Shown: positions 20,368 through 34,189, counted from the stretch's first letter. The stretch: DNA of 64,000 nucleotides from Blastocystis sp. Blastoise (GCA_039096225.1 JBBPEB010000011.1:620001-684000), one strand, 5' to 3'. Made by a program: numbers and translations. Notes: generated by a model not told the origin, from the letters alone.

Positions 20368-20781
20368 ATGGAGACAGAAACATCTTCAGTAAAGCCAATA
20401 TTGCAAGCAAGAGCTTATGTAGAAAAAAAAGGATGGCTTCCTTTTGTCAATTGTGGTGACGTGTGTGGAACATCCGGCGAATCTCTTCATTTACAAGCCA
20501 TAGAGTTTCGTTATACAGGTCCTGGTAATTTTTCGTGCCAAGTTCATATCGAAGAATTTGGATGGATGGACATTATGGAGAATAATGCAATTTCTGGTAC
20601 TGCAGGCAAGAATAGATATATTAACAAAATAAAACTAAACCTTGATGCACCTGGTTATGCTATTATTTATTCTGTACATTGTTCTATGGAAGGATGGAAA
20701 ACAGATGTTATGAATGGCGAGATTGCTCAAGCCAACAACCCTAAGAATGGCATTGAAGCATTAAGATTTTCTATTGTATAA
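20368..20781 (+). CDS. Intronless clostridial hydrophobic-W (ChW) repeat protein, 3 repeats
   Basis: Three units (AYVEKKGW..GDVCGTSGESLHLQAI; VHIEEFGW..ISGTAGKNRYINKI; YSVHCSMEGW..NGEIA..GIEALRF) match the ChW pattern Y.aHvq..GW...dG..aGT.G..lriEAi. Confidence 0.8.
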   Translation: METETSSVKPILQARAYVEKKGWLPFVNCGDVCGTSGESLHLQAIEFRYTGPGNFSCQVHIEEFGWMDIMENNAISGTAGKNRYINKIKLNLDAPGYAIIYSVHCSMEGWKTDVMNGEIAQANNPKNGIEALRFSIV

Positions 20782-21499
20782 TGAAATATTTATAATATTA
20801 TTCATATTATACTCTATACTCACTGTTTTTATTCCTCATTATTATTCTATTTTCATTTCTTTTTAACATATTCATATATTCATTATGCTTTTAATGCTTT
20901 AAATGAATAGTTACTATGTATATTATCGCGTTTCATTGCTTTAAATCGAGTTTAGTCCTTTTTTTTTTGATTAGTTTTTCATAATTTACATGTTTTCTCA
21001 ATGAAATAATTATATAATAAATATACAGATATATACTGACAAAGAGAAAAGAAGTAAAATAAGAATTTGAAGACTTTAAAGACAATTGAATTGTTTTTCA
21101 GTTCATATTTTTCTCCTTGTACATAATTCTAAATGGTTCACATCTTTATCTATCAATTAGTCAACTGAATAAAGACCATACATAAAGTGTTTCAATATAA
21201 ATACATGTAATGGTTTCTGAAACCTTATAATTTAAGTTATTTATTCACAATATCTTTATTATAAATTTTTTCTGAATTTAATTCATAAAAGGAAAGAGGA
21301 TTTAAAAAGAAAAACTTTACACAAAATTCTTGATAAAGAACAAAATTCATGACAGAATTTCGGAAAGAAATTGACTTCTTGAAAGATAATCGCGGAGATA
21401 AATGTTTTTAACAGAGTTTTTAACTAAAAAATCAAATACTTCAATTTTTAAATTAGAAACATAAATTTATATATATTAAATAAATATATAAATAATAAA

Positions 21500-24224
21500 A
21501 TGGATGATTTATGGACAAAATGTGAGGATCCTCTTACTGGAAGAACATATTTCTTTTGTAAAGAAATGAATGTTGCTCGATGGGGTTTTCCTCTTGGATT
21601 GATCAAAAAGGATTTTAAAGGGTCTGTAAAAACACGTTCTGGAACGAGTCATACTTGCTTTGTATGATTATTTGAAATTATAATTCTTAATTTTATAGTT
21701 TGCTCGAGTTTTATATGATTATAAGTCTACAAAACCAAATGTACTATCAATAGAGAAAGATGATATATTACAAATTGTCAATATTCCTATTGGTCCTTGG
21801 GCTATGGCTCTTCAAGTTCGAACAGGTCTTAAAGGTTATGTTCCACAATCTTATTATGCAGTGATTTTACCTCCAGGTGAACCTAGCGCTTCAAATGATT
21901 CCACATCTATTGATTCAGGAGATAAGAAAAAACGAATCAGTTTAACTCCCGATGATTTCAAACCAAGCAAAATGAATCTAGCTTCAAATGAAAATAGAAG
22001 ATCGTATATATATGTTTTTTCTTTGTGTTTATTTATATTTTATTTATTGTTTATTAGTTTATTTACTTTTTTTTATATTGTTTTATTTACTTTTTTATAA
22101 TTAATAAATGTATAAAAATTATATTTATATAGAAAACCAGATAATTCAAATGAGTATATATATTATTTTTCTTATTTATATTATTAATTCTCTTTATATA
22201 TATATAGAATCTTTCAAAGTTTACACAAACAAATTCATTATTTAGAATCATTACGTATTTATATATATAATACTAATAATAGTTAATATTATATATTATA
22301 GCTACTGTATATGCTAGAATTGATGTATTATTATATAAAATATATTGTGATGGTGTTTTAAATGCAATGAAACCGAATCCAAAAACATTAGTATTTATTT
22401 TATATTATTAAAAATTTTTTTAATTAAATTTTATATTATTAAAAATTTTTTTAATTAATATGTATGTATATATATATTATTACTATTAATATGTATATCT
22501 AGTTATATATTGAGAAATATCGTGAATCTCATCATATAAGTTCAGAAGATCATGAACATATGCTATTAAATATAGGATGGAAAATAGAAAAATATAATCA
22601 ACTTATTGAAACATCTGGAGTCATTAATGAAGTATATATATATATATATTATTTTTTTAATATTTTGTTTTTATTTATTTTTAAAGTTTTTTTTTCTTTA
22701 ATATGTTATTATTCCAAGAATATTTTATCATATATATATGAATAATAATACTTATAAATATATTATAATATAGTTACATCGCCGTGCTTCTATGATATCT
22801 CCTATCTCTTCTACTAGTCCTCCTCATTCCACTTCTTCTTCTATTACTACCCCTCCTCCATTCATCAATAATAATAATAATAATAATATAAGTTCATCTA
22901 CTATTAATACTCTATTAAATTCATTAAGTAATATTACTGGTTCTCCTACTATTAATACTTCTGTTTCTCCTACTCATGTTCATATCAATACACAACCACG
23001 TAAAAATGTATCGATTGATATTAATAATGAAACCAGTCCTATGAATACAAAGAAAAGTATATATATATATATTTAATTACTAACATTTAGTATATATTAT
23101 TCTATTCTATTAAGTATATTCTATTATTATATTCTCTTATATACTATTATATAGATTCAATTGTTTCTCCGGCTATTCCTATTTCTAGTATTACTGTATA
23201 TATATATATAAATAACATAATACATTATTACTTTATGATTATTATTATATTATTCTCTATTCTATACTATATATAGTCTGATATGCTATCTCCATCAATA
23301 TATTCACGTTTTTCACCACGTCCAAGTCGTCATTCTACTTCCCGCGGGAATGTGAATCATTCACATGGATATACAGAAGTAGAGAAATATTCATTTATTG
23401 GATATGCTACTATGTATTTTCAAAGAGATACAAAGAAAGCTATGTTCTCTAAAAATAATATAAGTGATTTAGTCAGTTTCAGCCCAATTCAACCTTATAT
23501 GACTCTTAATAAAATCAATGGTAATATTCTATTTATTTATATATATTTATTAGTAAAAATACTTTTATTAATATATATATATCTATTTTTTTTTTATTAA
23601 AAATCCTTTTATTAATTAATATATATATATATTTATATTCAAACTCCTTTTATTAATTAATATATATATATATATTTATATTCAAACTCCTTTTATTAAT
23701 TAATATATATATATATATATATATATATAGCCCAATATACAGAGCAAGCATTAAAATTAAGTTTAACAATAATGTATTATATGGAAGATTTACAAGACCC
23801 ATCCTCTTCCTCTTCTTCTCTTTCTCCTACGTCTAATGATAATCAATATAAACTATTAATATCTACGTTAATTAAAGATAATGATGAATTATTAGAAGAA
23901 GCGTTATGTTTTACGATGAAACAAACTATTAATAATCCTAGTTTTGAACATACTCTGAAGGTATTAGAATATTATATATATAGATATTTATTATTATATT
24001 TATTATTATTATATTTATTTATTATTTATTTATTATTTTATTTATATAATTCTATTTAATATTTATAATAATTTATGGTATTATAATACTATTATATATT
24101 TATATCTATATAGGGTTGGGAGTTAATTGCATTCCTTCTTTCGGTTCAGCCCCTAACAAAAGAGTCTCCACTTTATCCCTATCTTCAAGGATTTCTTGTT
24201 TCTAATATATATCGACAAGATGAA

Positions 24225-24275
<51 letters not shown>

Positions 24276-25044
24276 TGTTATTAATTAATATTTATACTTC
24301 TTATTCTATAGACTGGAGGTTTGGCTCTATATATATTTAAATATTTAATTGGAGAAATAAAAGAGTATTCAACTGATTTAGTTGAAGAATATGAACAGCG
24401 TTATCTTCCTAAAGGATGCTTTGATTGTTTCCTTAATGAAGTATATATATTCATAATAGTATAGTATAGTAAATAATATAATATAATATAATATAATATA
24501 TATAGATATATAATATAATATAATATATATAGATATATGGTTTAGAAGATACTGCAGATCTTCTTCAAAAATATGGTTTTCAATCAATGGATCGTGGTAA
24601 TTATGGTTCTAGAGTCTTATATATTCCCACGGGAGAAACGAAATTAAGAGGAGAAACAGCATTACGCTTCTTACAGAAGGGAAGTGTGTTTTTAAAGAAA
24701 GTGAAAGCTAGTTCAAATTATAAAGAAAAGAATATGTGGATTAATCCTTTTATGAATAATATATGCTGGAGTAGAACAGATGGATATGATAAAATTAAAA
24801 TCAAATCATTAAATAATGCTATGGTATTTATTATATTTTATTTTATTTTATTTTATTTTATTTTATTTTATTTTATTTTATTTTATTTTATTTTATTTTT
24901 TTTATTTTATTTTATTTTATTTTATTTTATTTTATTTATTTATTTATTTATTTATTTTATTTTATTAAAAAAATTTATATATTCATTTTTTTAAAATCTA
25001 ATTATTTTCATACCAAATACAATTATATTATTATTATATTAATA

Positions 25045-25083
<39 letters not shown>

Positions 25084-26168
25084 GTAGTCAATGGCTTACC
25101 ACCCGTTCAAAAGATATCACATGCGATCGATATAGTTGCATATAAGTCACGTGCATTAAGTATCACATTTAAAGATGAATCGAATTCTATTGATTTAGTA
25201 GCAGGTACTATTGCAGAACAAACACGATGGTTATATTTAATTAAAGTATTAATCTATTGGTATGAAGAAAAAGGTCAAAATTTATATAAACAATTATATG
25301 ATACTCTCTCTGAAGAAGATCAAGTAACTCTCTCTATATATATATTTATTTACTTATTATTCTTATTTAGTATTCTTTTAAATTTTTATAAATAATTGTT
25401 TTTTATAAAATATATATTTTTTATTATATCTTATCTATATCAGAAATGTTTCGTTCAAATAATATTATACATATATTTTTTTTAAATATAAATATATATT
25501 ATAGGATGAAGTGAATAAGATATATAATGAAGAAGATCTTTATATATCTTCATTTCCTATACAAACAATGGCTCAACAATTAAAGACCTCTTTTGTAGCT
25601 TATGTTGATGGATCCTTATTAGATAACTCAACACGACCTGCTTCTTCTTCTGCTATGAGACCTATTAGTGAATCGAATAATAATAATAATAATACATATG
25701 AATTATATACACATAAACGTAATACAAAAAGTGATTCAATTACTCCTGATTGTTTAGATAGTAATTATCCTATTCATATCAATACTATAAGTACTACCAA
25801 TACTCAAATTATTAATATAAATAACAATAGAGATTTACCTGTTCTTCCTTCTTCACCTTCTCTATCACAACAACAATATAATAATAATATAAATAATAAT
25901 AATAATAATGATAATAATAATGATAATAATAATATAAATAATAATAATAATAATATAAATAATAATAATAATAATAATATTCCTTCTAAACCATTATTCC
26001 TATCAACATCAGAAATATCAATTTCAAATCATAATTCACCTCTAAATTCACCAATCAGATTTAATAGTTGTACGAATTATATATCTCCTATTCCTAATTC
26101 TTCATTATCTTCTGCTTCTGTATCTATAGATAATACTATATCTATTCCACTTCCTCTTAATAATAGTG

Positions 26169-26263
<95 letters not shown>

Positions 26264-27050
26264 CCTATAACTTTATTAGCTTCTCCTGATCCTGAAAACC
26301 CTAATAAGCATCCCTTAGTACCTCGTATATTACTGGCTTTAGCGTCCTCTTTAAATCGATTACAAGCCTATACTATTGAAGGTATTTTCCGTATACCGGG
26401 ATCGAAAGAAATGATCGACACAAATGCTGCGAAATTATCACTTGTATGATTTTATTATTATATTATTATTATGTTATTATTATATTATATTATTATATTA
26501 TTATATTATTATATTATATTATTATATTAAATTATCTTACTAATGCTTCTCTCTAGGGTTATTACGATATATTATCAGAAATCAATGATCCCTATTTATT
26601 AGCAGGTATACTGAAAAGTTGGTTTCGTTCTTTAAAAGAGCCAGTTATTCCTTATCATCTATATACTTATGCTATCCAATCTACTACAGATGCAGATGTT
26701 CAAGAGATTATTGATGCATTACCTGATACTAATAGAGCATGTCTAAGATATATATGTAGATTCTTAGTATATTATACGAAATTTGAATCTATTAATAAAA
26801 TGACTATTAGTAATATGGCTACTTGTATTAGTCCAAGTCTACTTAAAAACTGCCCGTATATATTTATTAATATATTTATTATTATTATTATTATTTTAAT
26901 TTATTATATTTATTAATATATAGTGGAGAAGTATTACAATCACCTATAGTAGAATATAATAATATTCGATTAGCAAGTGTATTTATTATGCGATGTATGA
27001 ATATATTTGCAGGACTTGTCGAAGATGTTCTTAATGAAGATGAATTCTAA
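21500..27050 (+). CDS. WW-SH3-MyTH4-PH-RhoGAP protein (ARHGAP39/Vilse-like), about 15 introns
   Basis: WW (WTKCEDPLTGRTYFF..ARW), SH3 (ARVLYDY..LSIEKDD..GYVPQSY), MyTH4 (EEALCFTMKQTINNPS..KGWELI), PH-like (LQKGSVFLK..DLVAGTIAEQTRWL), RhoGAP (EGIFRIPG, LKSWFRSLKEP, NKMTISNMATCISPSL). Confidence 0.8.
23339..23350. other. Perfect palindromic copy (TTCCCGCGGGAA) of the recurrent exonic CGCG motif
   Basis: One of about 20 related copies listed in the findings. Confidence 0.8.
26171..26263 (+). repeat. Coding (AAT)n poly-Asn tract in the RhoGAP linker
   Basis: In frame within exon 25505-26443. Confidence 0.9.
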
Positions 27051-28214
27051 TATTATTATTATTAATATATATATATATATATAGTTTTATTCTTATTTAA
27101 TATTTTTTTCTTACTTTAAAAACAAATTAATTTAGTATTTAGTTTCAATAGAATATATGTATTTAATAATAATCATTATTAACACTTTTCTTTATACACA
27201 TATATACATTCTAAATTATGTTTGTATTATTTCTTCATTTCTTTTGTTTATTAGTATATATATATATATATTCATTAACACTTATAGTATCTCAAATCTT
27301 TGAGATTTTATATATTTAACTATTTCTTAGTTTTTTCAAATGATGTTTATATATTTATATATTTATATATATATACTAATTATGTCAGTCTTCCTTTTTG
27401 TTTTTTTGATTTTTGATTATATTTTGTATTAAAAAAAAACAACTTTTATTAGATATATTCAATCAAATCTATGTAGTAATATAATATATTTATATATTTA
27501 TATATATAGACTTCTTTTCAATTATATTAATAATTTGATATCTTTGTTTCATTTTTCTTTTTTATATTGTGTTCCGTGATTGTATTCTTCATGATTATAT
27601 ATATATTTATATCAAGTTGTTTAAGGATACTTTCCTGATGTGCTCCTCTATTCATTCTATATATATATATATATTTATTTATTCTTTCTAATTATATGAA
27701 AAAAATATTTAACTATTTATTAATGGAATATTTTGCTATTCTTTCAGTTCATTATATATATTTATAATATATAATATATATATATATATTACATACATGT
27801 TTTAGTTTTTTATTCTCTACCTTTTTATTTTGTTGTTTTTTTTTACATAGTGACAACTTCATTTCTATATATTTATTTGAAATTATAATTATTTTTTTTT
27901 ATAATAGAGTCTTATTCAAAATATTCTAATATTGTTTTCGTTATTATTCAAATATCACTAATGAAAGTGAAATTATATTTTATATATAAAAGAACAATTT
28001 TTTTTTATATATAAAAAACAATAATATAAAAAACAAAACAATATCGTACATATAAAATTTTATATACAAAACAATAAGATTAAAAAAACTTGCACATATC
28101 AATTAAAATTTATATATATATATTATAAAAAAAAAATATTTAAAAAATAATTAAAGAATATTTAATAAATAATTAAAAATAATTAAAATACATTAAAATA
28201 TATTTTAAAAATAA

Positions 28215-29183
28215 TTAAAGAATAGGATAGCTAGCCATTTTATTAACACCACACATACCAGCTCCTTCAGATTCATATTTAATATGAATATATCCATGAT
28301 CTCCCCATTCAGTTCCCCAAGAATTACGTATAATTAAATAAGGTGGATTTGCTTCTAAATTATATCCAATAGCAGTAACACCATGATTTAATTGTGTTCC
28401 ACAAGTATCTGTATTTAGTGTTCCACTTTTATATAATTGAAATTCAGGAGAAGAAGCATCCACTGCAACAGATACAGGCTGTTTTGATAATATATCAACT
28501 AATGAACTACCACTATTGACTTGAACATCTGCATATTTCTGTATTGTAGCAACAGGTGAACATTGTTTATCTTTACATGTTTGATCAATTCCTTGATAAG
28601 GATATTCTTCTTCAGAACAAATACCACCATTATGAATCATATATGTAAATGCATTTGTCATAAAACCACCAAAACAACCTCCAGAATTCTTATCACAATC
28701 AACAACTTGCTGTTCAGAATATATATTTAATTGACCAGTTTTTATAGCTATTAAACTTTCAACTGCAGAAATAGCAGAAAATGCCCAACATGAACCACAA
28801 GATAATTGATTTTTAATAGGATTTACAACACCTAATGTTCTCCAATCTATAGATGAAGGTATAGGAACAGAATTAGAATGAGAAACACTATGCTGACTTC
28901 GAAGATTCTTACGAATAATTCCAGAGAGAAATCGTGATGCTTTATATTCATCATTTGTCATATCTGCAAATATAGTTAATCCAAGAGTATATGTATGATC
29001 TAATGTATTCTGTTGTTCAATATAATCTAAGTTTTGTTGAAAGATAAGCATACGATATTCTTTTTCTTTTATCGAAGAATATACTTTTCCATACATCGTT
29101 GCATATGTATTAAATTGATAATATAATAATTCATCACCATAAATAGCTACAATAAAGAAGACAAGTATAAGTAGACTTTTCAT
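28215..29183 (-). CDS. Secreted cathepsin L-like papain (C1A) cysteine protease, intronless
   Basis: Signal peptide, I29 prodomain (E..YR..IF..NL..I, FADMTNDEY), QLSCGSCWAFS, LNHGV, IRNSWG. Confidence 0.95.
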   Translation of the reverse strand: MKSLLILVFFIVAIYGDELLYYQFNTYATMYGKVYSSIKEKEYRMLIFQQNLDYIEQQNTLDHTYTLGLTIFADMTNDEYKASRFLSGIIRKNLRSQHSVSHSNSVPIPSSIDWRTLGVVNPIKNQLSCGSCWAFSAISAVESLIAIKTGQLNIYSEQQVVDCDKNSGGCFGGFMTNAFTYMIHNGGICSEEEYPYQGIDQTCKDKQCSPVATIQKYADVQVNSGSSLVDILSKQPVSVAVDASSPEFQLYKSGTLNTDTCGTQLNHGVTAIGYNLEANPPYLIIRNSWGTEWGDHGYIHIKYESEGAGMCGVNKMASYPIL

Positions 29184-30142
29184 TCTATTAGTTAATCTGT
29201 CAGTAATATAATATTTTATGATTTAAACACTAGCTGAATAAGTAGACATACGTAGATGATTATTCTTGATCATTTATAAGGATTTCCTATTTGAATGGGA
29301 TAAATGAATTGAATGCTACACGAACGAAGATTCGTATTTCTTTTTTTATTGATTTCGAATATCATTATGCATATATAAAATATAAATCAAACAGGATTTG
29401 ATGTATCAAAGGATATAGTCAACCGAAATACGAAGATTTTTTTTTGTGATCTTCAGAACTATTGATTGATAGATGTTCATCTGATTTGTAGATATTTGCA
29501 GAGTTTCATAAATCCAAACAAACTTGTAATTGATGTTTATTAGTTTTATTTAAAAAAGAAATTGTCCTTGTATTTCAAATAACTATAATATTTCGCTTTC
29601 TTTATGTTTGAGAACTATCCACCAATATATTAGAATCATAATTTAAGAGTATTCAGAAGGAATAAATTGTTAGATGAAGGAAAATGAAGATAAATCTATA
29701 AATTACATGTTTTTCATAACTAGAACGTATTATAGAATACAACAAGAGTAGGACTACTTTCGTACAAACATACTTGAGAATGATTCACTGAAGAGAAAGC
29801 ATTTGTTTTTTATTTATTTGACTTTCATCGAAGCAGATCTGTTCTGTCATGTATTCAAATGTTTTTATATACAAGCAAATTATAAATTACTGAAGAAAAA
29901 TCAACGATGAGTAAGTGTTTTTCTTTTTATATAGTATCTTCGAATCACAAACATACTTTTTAATCTTATACATCAATAGAATACTCAAAATACAATTAGA
30001 CTAATAAGTATTCAATGAATAAAATAAAACATAATAAAATCACGATTATTTAAGAAATGACATGCCTCATCTCATTGTTTCTACAAAATGAACGAAAAAC
30101 ACACCATTTTTCATTTACTATTTATTTGATTTTCGAATAAAG

Positions 30143-31486
30143 ATGAAGAATTTAGTACTGTTGATATTCTTTATAGCTTTTGTTTCAGCTGAGAAATGGG
30201 CTTTTTTAGTCGCAGGTTCATCAGGTTATGATAATTATAGACATCAAGCTGATGTTTGTCATATGTATCATGTATGTATTTATAAATCATATCCCTAGTT
30301 CTTTATGGACTTGTTTTTTATATGATAATAATTATATGTTAAATAAATCTTCATTAATCTTTAGGTATTGACTGATCATTCATTTAACCAAGATCATATT
30401 ATTACATTTATGGCTGATGATTTAGCTAGAAGCGCAATGAATCCTTTCCGTGGTAAGATATTCAATAAGAATGGAAATAATTCTCGAGATTATTATGAAG
30501 GAACAGTTATTGATTATTCTGGATTTCAATTAAGTTCTAAGTTGTTTTTAGCTATTTTAAGAGGTGATGAAGAAGAAGTGAATTCCATTTATGGTGGTAA
30601 GAATAATAAAGTATTACGTTCTACTGAAAATGATGAAGTCTTTATATATTATATTAATCATGGTGGTCAAGGTTTAGTTATGATGCCTAATGATAGTGTT
30701 TTATTTGCTAAAGATCTTATATCTACCTTAAAAGATATGAATGATAAAAAGATGTTTAAAAAATTAGTATTTTATTTAGAAGCTTGTGAATCTGGATCTA
30801 TGTGGTTAGATTTACCTAAAGATATTAATGTATATGCTATTTCTTCTACAGATAATTTACAATCAAGTTGGGGTACTTATTGTCCTGGTTCTAAGATAGA
30901 TGATGTAGTTGATGGTATTTCTATAGGTAGTTGTTTAGGAGAAGTATTTAGTTGTGCTTGGCTTGAACAAGATGATGAAGTAGATATATCTCAATTAACG
31001 TTACAAGAACAATTTGATTATGCTAAACAAAAAACATCATTTTGGTCAACACCTCAACAATTTGGTGATTTATCTTTTACAAATCAACCTGTAAGTACTT
31101 ATATTTCTGAAGAACATAGTGAAAAATGTTATAATAATATAAAGAATGAAAATAATAGTTGGAATTCTCGTAATAATAAATTGAATTTCTGGAATTATAG
31201 AAAAACTTTAGGAGATAAAGAAGCTGAAAATCAAGTATTATTAGAAAACCAAAGACGTTCTTTTGCTGATCAATTCTTTCGTAAGATATCTATAGCTTTA
31301 TTAGGAAATGCTAATGTTCTTTATCAACGTTTCTCTTCACATATTCAATGGGATTGTTATATTCCTCTTGTTAATGAATATAATCAAAAATATGGTTGGA
31401 ATGATTATAGTCTTCAATATACTAAGGTATTTGCTTCTATGTGTTCTTCAGGTCTCGACTATCAAACGATTCTGAAACATTTTTAA
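30143..31486 (+). CDS. LGMN: Legumain / asparaginyl endopeptidase (C13), one intron 30272-30364
   Basis: Signal peptide, [22 protein letters not shown], catalytic HG (YINHG) and EACESGS, C-terminal LSAM-like region. Confidence 0.93.
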
Positions 31487-31937
31487 AAGAAATTCGTTTT
31501 ATTTATGAATATACTCATAGCTTTCTATGACTGTTTTATTCTTCTGTTTTGTTATAGTCTGTACTTGTTTTACTTATATAAATTCATATCATTTAGATTA
31601 TGTGTTTTCTATATTGATAAATGTTTATTGATTCTTTTAAAAAACAAACAATTCTACTGATTAACGAAACTCAATTGAACTCGTTTCCATAAAAAAAATA
31701 TACAAAATGTATGAGAGAAAGAAGAGTAGTCAAATTATTCATATATAAAACACTTATGAAGGAAATAAAATACAATTAAAAGAGAATTCCTAACAAAAAA
31801 TTTTTGTTTTTACTATTTCTTCTCTTTGTTTTGTTTTTATTATTATTATTAATTTAATTTAATGATTCTCATTCAACCAAGTCATTAAATAAATACATCG
31901 AACAACTATAAACAAGAAAATAAAGTTTAAAAAATTT

Positions 31938-32180
31938 ATTTGACGATAATCACGAGAATATATATAATTTTTTAAAACACAAGATTATTATTCTTTAAAT
32001 CGTAATAGGTTTTTTTTCCATCATCTTAAGATATGACGCATCAAGATGATAGCATTTTAAGGGAAATGATAAACCATTCATTCTTCGACTCTTCTACAAA
32101 ACGACTTGTCATCAATAGAGAATTTGACGATAATAAGCAACTGATGACTTCTAATCTCGAATAAATGAGTTTTATTGGTT
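31938..32180 (+). promoter_or_regulatory. Candidate promoter of cathepsin Z with TGACG repeats and a CCAAT box
   Basis: ATTTGACGATAAT at 31938 and 32122; ATGACG at 32034 inside an ATCATCTT/AAGATGAT inverted repeat; ATTGG at 32174. Confidence 0.4.
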
Positions 32181-32330
32181 AAAAGAATGGAAACAGGTAT
32201 ACCTCAAATTGTATTCTTGAGTTCGTCATGATGTGTGTCACCATGTCCCTTTTTCTTTATTTTGAGTCTTTTGTTTTGAAAGACTTATTCATATTACATT
32301 TTATTTTGAATTATATTCAATATAATCAAT

Positions 32331-34189
32331 ATGAAGTTTTTAATTTGTTTATGTATATGCTAGACTATCTCATATATCTAACTGTTTGTAGTTATCCTTG
32401 CACTTGTTAATGCTCAAGGTTTCATTAGAGGAAAAGATATGAATAGTTTCGTTACTTCTCCTCAACCTAAAGATTATATTCTTGATGAAGATTTACCTAA
32501 TGCTTATGATCCGTATATTATTATTTTAAATTTTTTTAGTTTTATTTTTTTTTTTATTATTTTCATTATTACTTTTTTACTATTATTATTATTATTCATT
32601 TCTAATAAATAAATAATATATTCCTTTCTTCTTCATATAGTCGTAATATCGATGGTCAAAATTTAGTGACTCCTATTAGAAATCAACATTTACCTCAATA
32701 TTGTGGTTCTTGTTGGGCTTTTTCAACTGTTTCTGCTCTTGCTGATCGTATGAAGATTGCTACTAAAGGTGCTTGGCCTAATCATGATTTAGCTCCTCAA
32801 GTTCTTATTAATTGTGATGATAACGATAATGGTTGTTCTGGTGGTAATATGATGTGGGCTAATGCTTATATTAAAGAAAATGGTATTCCTGATGAGACTT
32901 GTCAAAATTATGAAGCTAAGGATGGTACTTGTGATGAAAAGGGTATTTGTCGTGATTGTCATGGTTTTAATGCTAATGAAAATTGTTTTGGTGTTCGTAA
33001 TTATACTAAATATTATGTTGAAGAATATGATCGAATTTCTGGTGAATTAAATATGATGAAAGAAATTTATGCTCGTGGTCCTATTACTTGTGCTATTGCT
33101 GATCCTGATACTTTTAAAGCTTATAAGAGTGGTATTTATGAAGATACTACTGGTGCTACTCAACAATCTCATGCTATTTCTGTTATTGGTTGGGGTGAAG
33201 AAGAAGGTAAGAAATATTGGATTGTTCGTAATTCTTGGGGTACTTATTGGGGTGAACAAGGTTTTGCTCGTGTTATTCGTGGTGTTGATAATTTAAGTAT
33301 TGAAGATTATTGTGTTTGGGCTACTCCTAAACTTCCTACTAGTTATGCTAGACAACAATATGGTCATGCTTATTTAAGAAATAAATATTTATCTAGTGCT
33401 TGTGCTCTTCCTAAAACTCGTAATTATAAACCTATTATTAAATCTCCTCTTCCTCAAGATTATATAAAGAAATCAGATATTCCTAAATCTTATGATATTC
33501 GTAATTTAAATGGTAAGAATTATGCTACTATGGATAAAAATCAACATATTCCTCAATATTGTGGTTCTTGTTGGGCTCAAGGTTCTACTTCTGCTATGGG
33601 TGATCGTATTTCTTTATTAAGAAATGGTACTTATCCTCAAATTGATCTTAGTGTTCAAGCTGTTATTAATTGTGCTAATACAGGTAGTTGTCATGGTGGT
33701 TGGCAAGAAGGTGTTTATGAATGGGCTATTAATGAAGGTATTCCTGAAACTACTTGCCAAAACTATATAGCTGATGATAGAGAATGTTCTGCTGGTGCTC
33801 TTTGTGAAACTTGTGAAAAAGGAAAAGCTTGTGAACCTATTACTGAATTTAAAAGATATAAATTTAGTGAAACTGGTCCTGTTAGTGGAGCTGATAATAT
33901 GAAAGCTGAAATTACTGCTCGTGGTCCTATTTCTTGTTGTATTATGGCTACTGATAATTTCTTAGATTATAGAGGAGGTGTCTATTCTGAAGATGTTGGT
34001 TATCATGGTTGTAATCATATTATTGAAATTGCTGGTTGGGGTGTTGAAGATAATAAAGAATACTGGATTGGTAGAAATAGTTGGGGTACTTATTGGGGTG
34101 AACATGGTTGGTTTAGAATCTCTATGCATGAAAATAACCTTAATGTTGAAGATGATTGCGTCTGGGGTGTTCCAGTCATTGATTTCTAA
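32331..34189 (+). CDS. CTSZ: Tandem double-domain cathepsin Z/X, 2 introns near the 5' end
   Basis: Two complete C1A domains, each with the cathepsin X mini-loop NQH(L/I)PQYCGSCWA, catalytic His and RNSWG; signal peptide MKFLICLFILALVNA after splicing. Confidence 0.93.

Noticed and set aside
18361-23720. Intronic tandem repeats as CRISPR-like arrays
   Set aside because: No unique spacers and a eukaryotic context; they are simple minisatellites (also 9465-9530, 55250-55400, 62095-62200).
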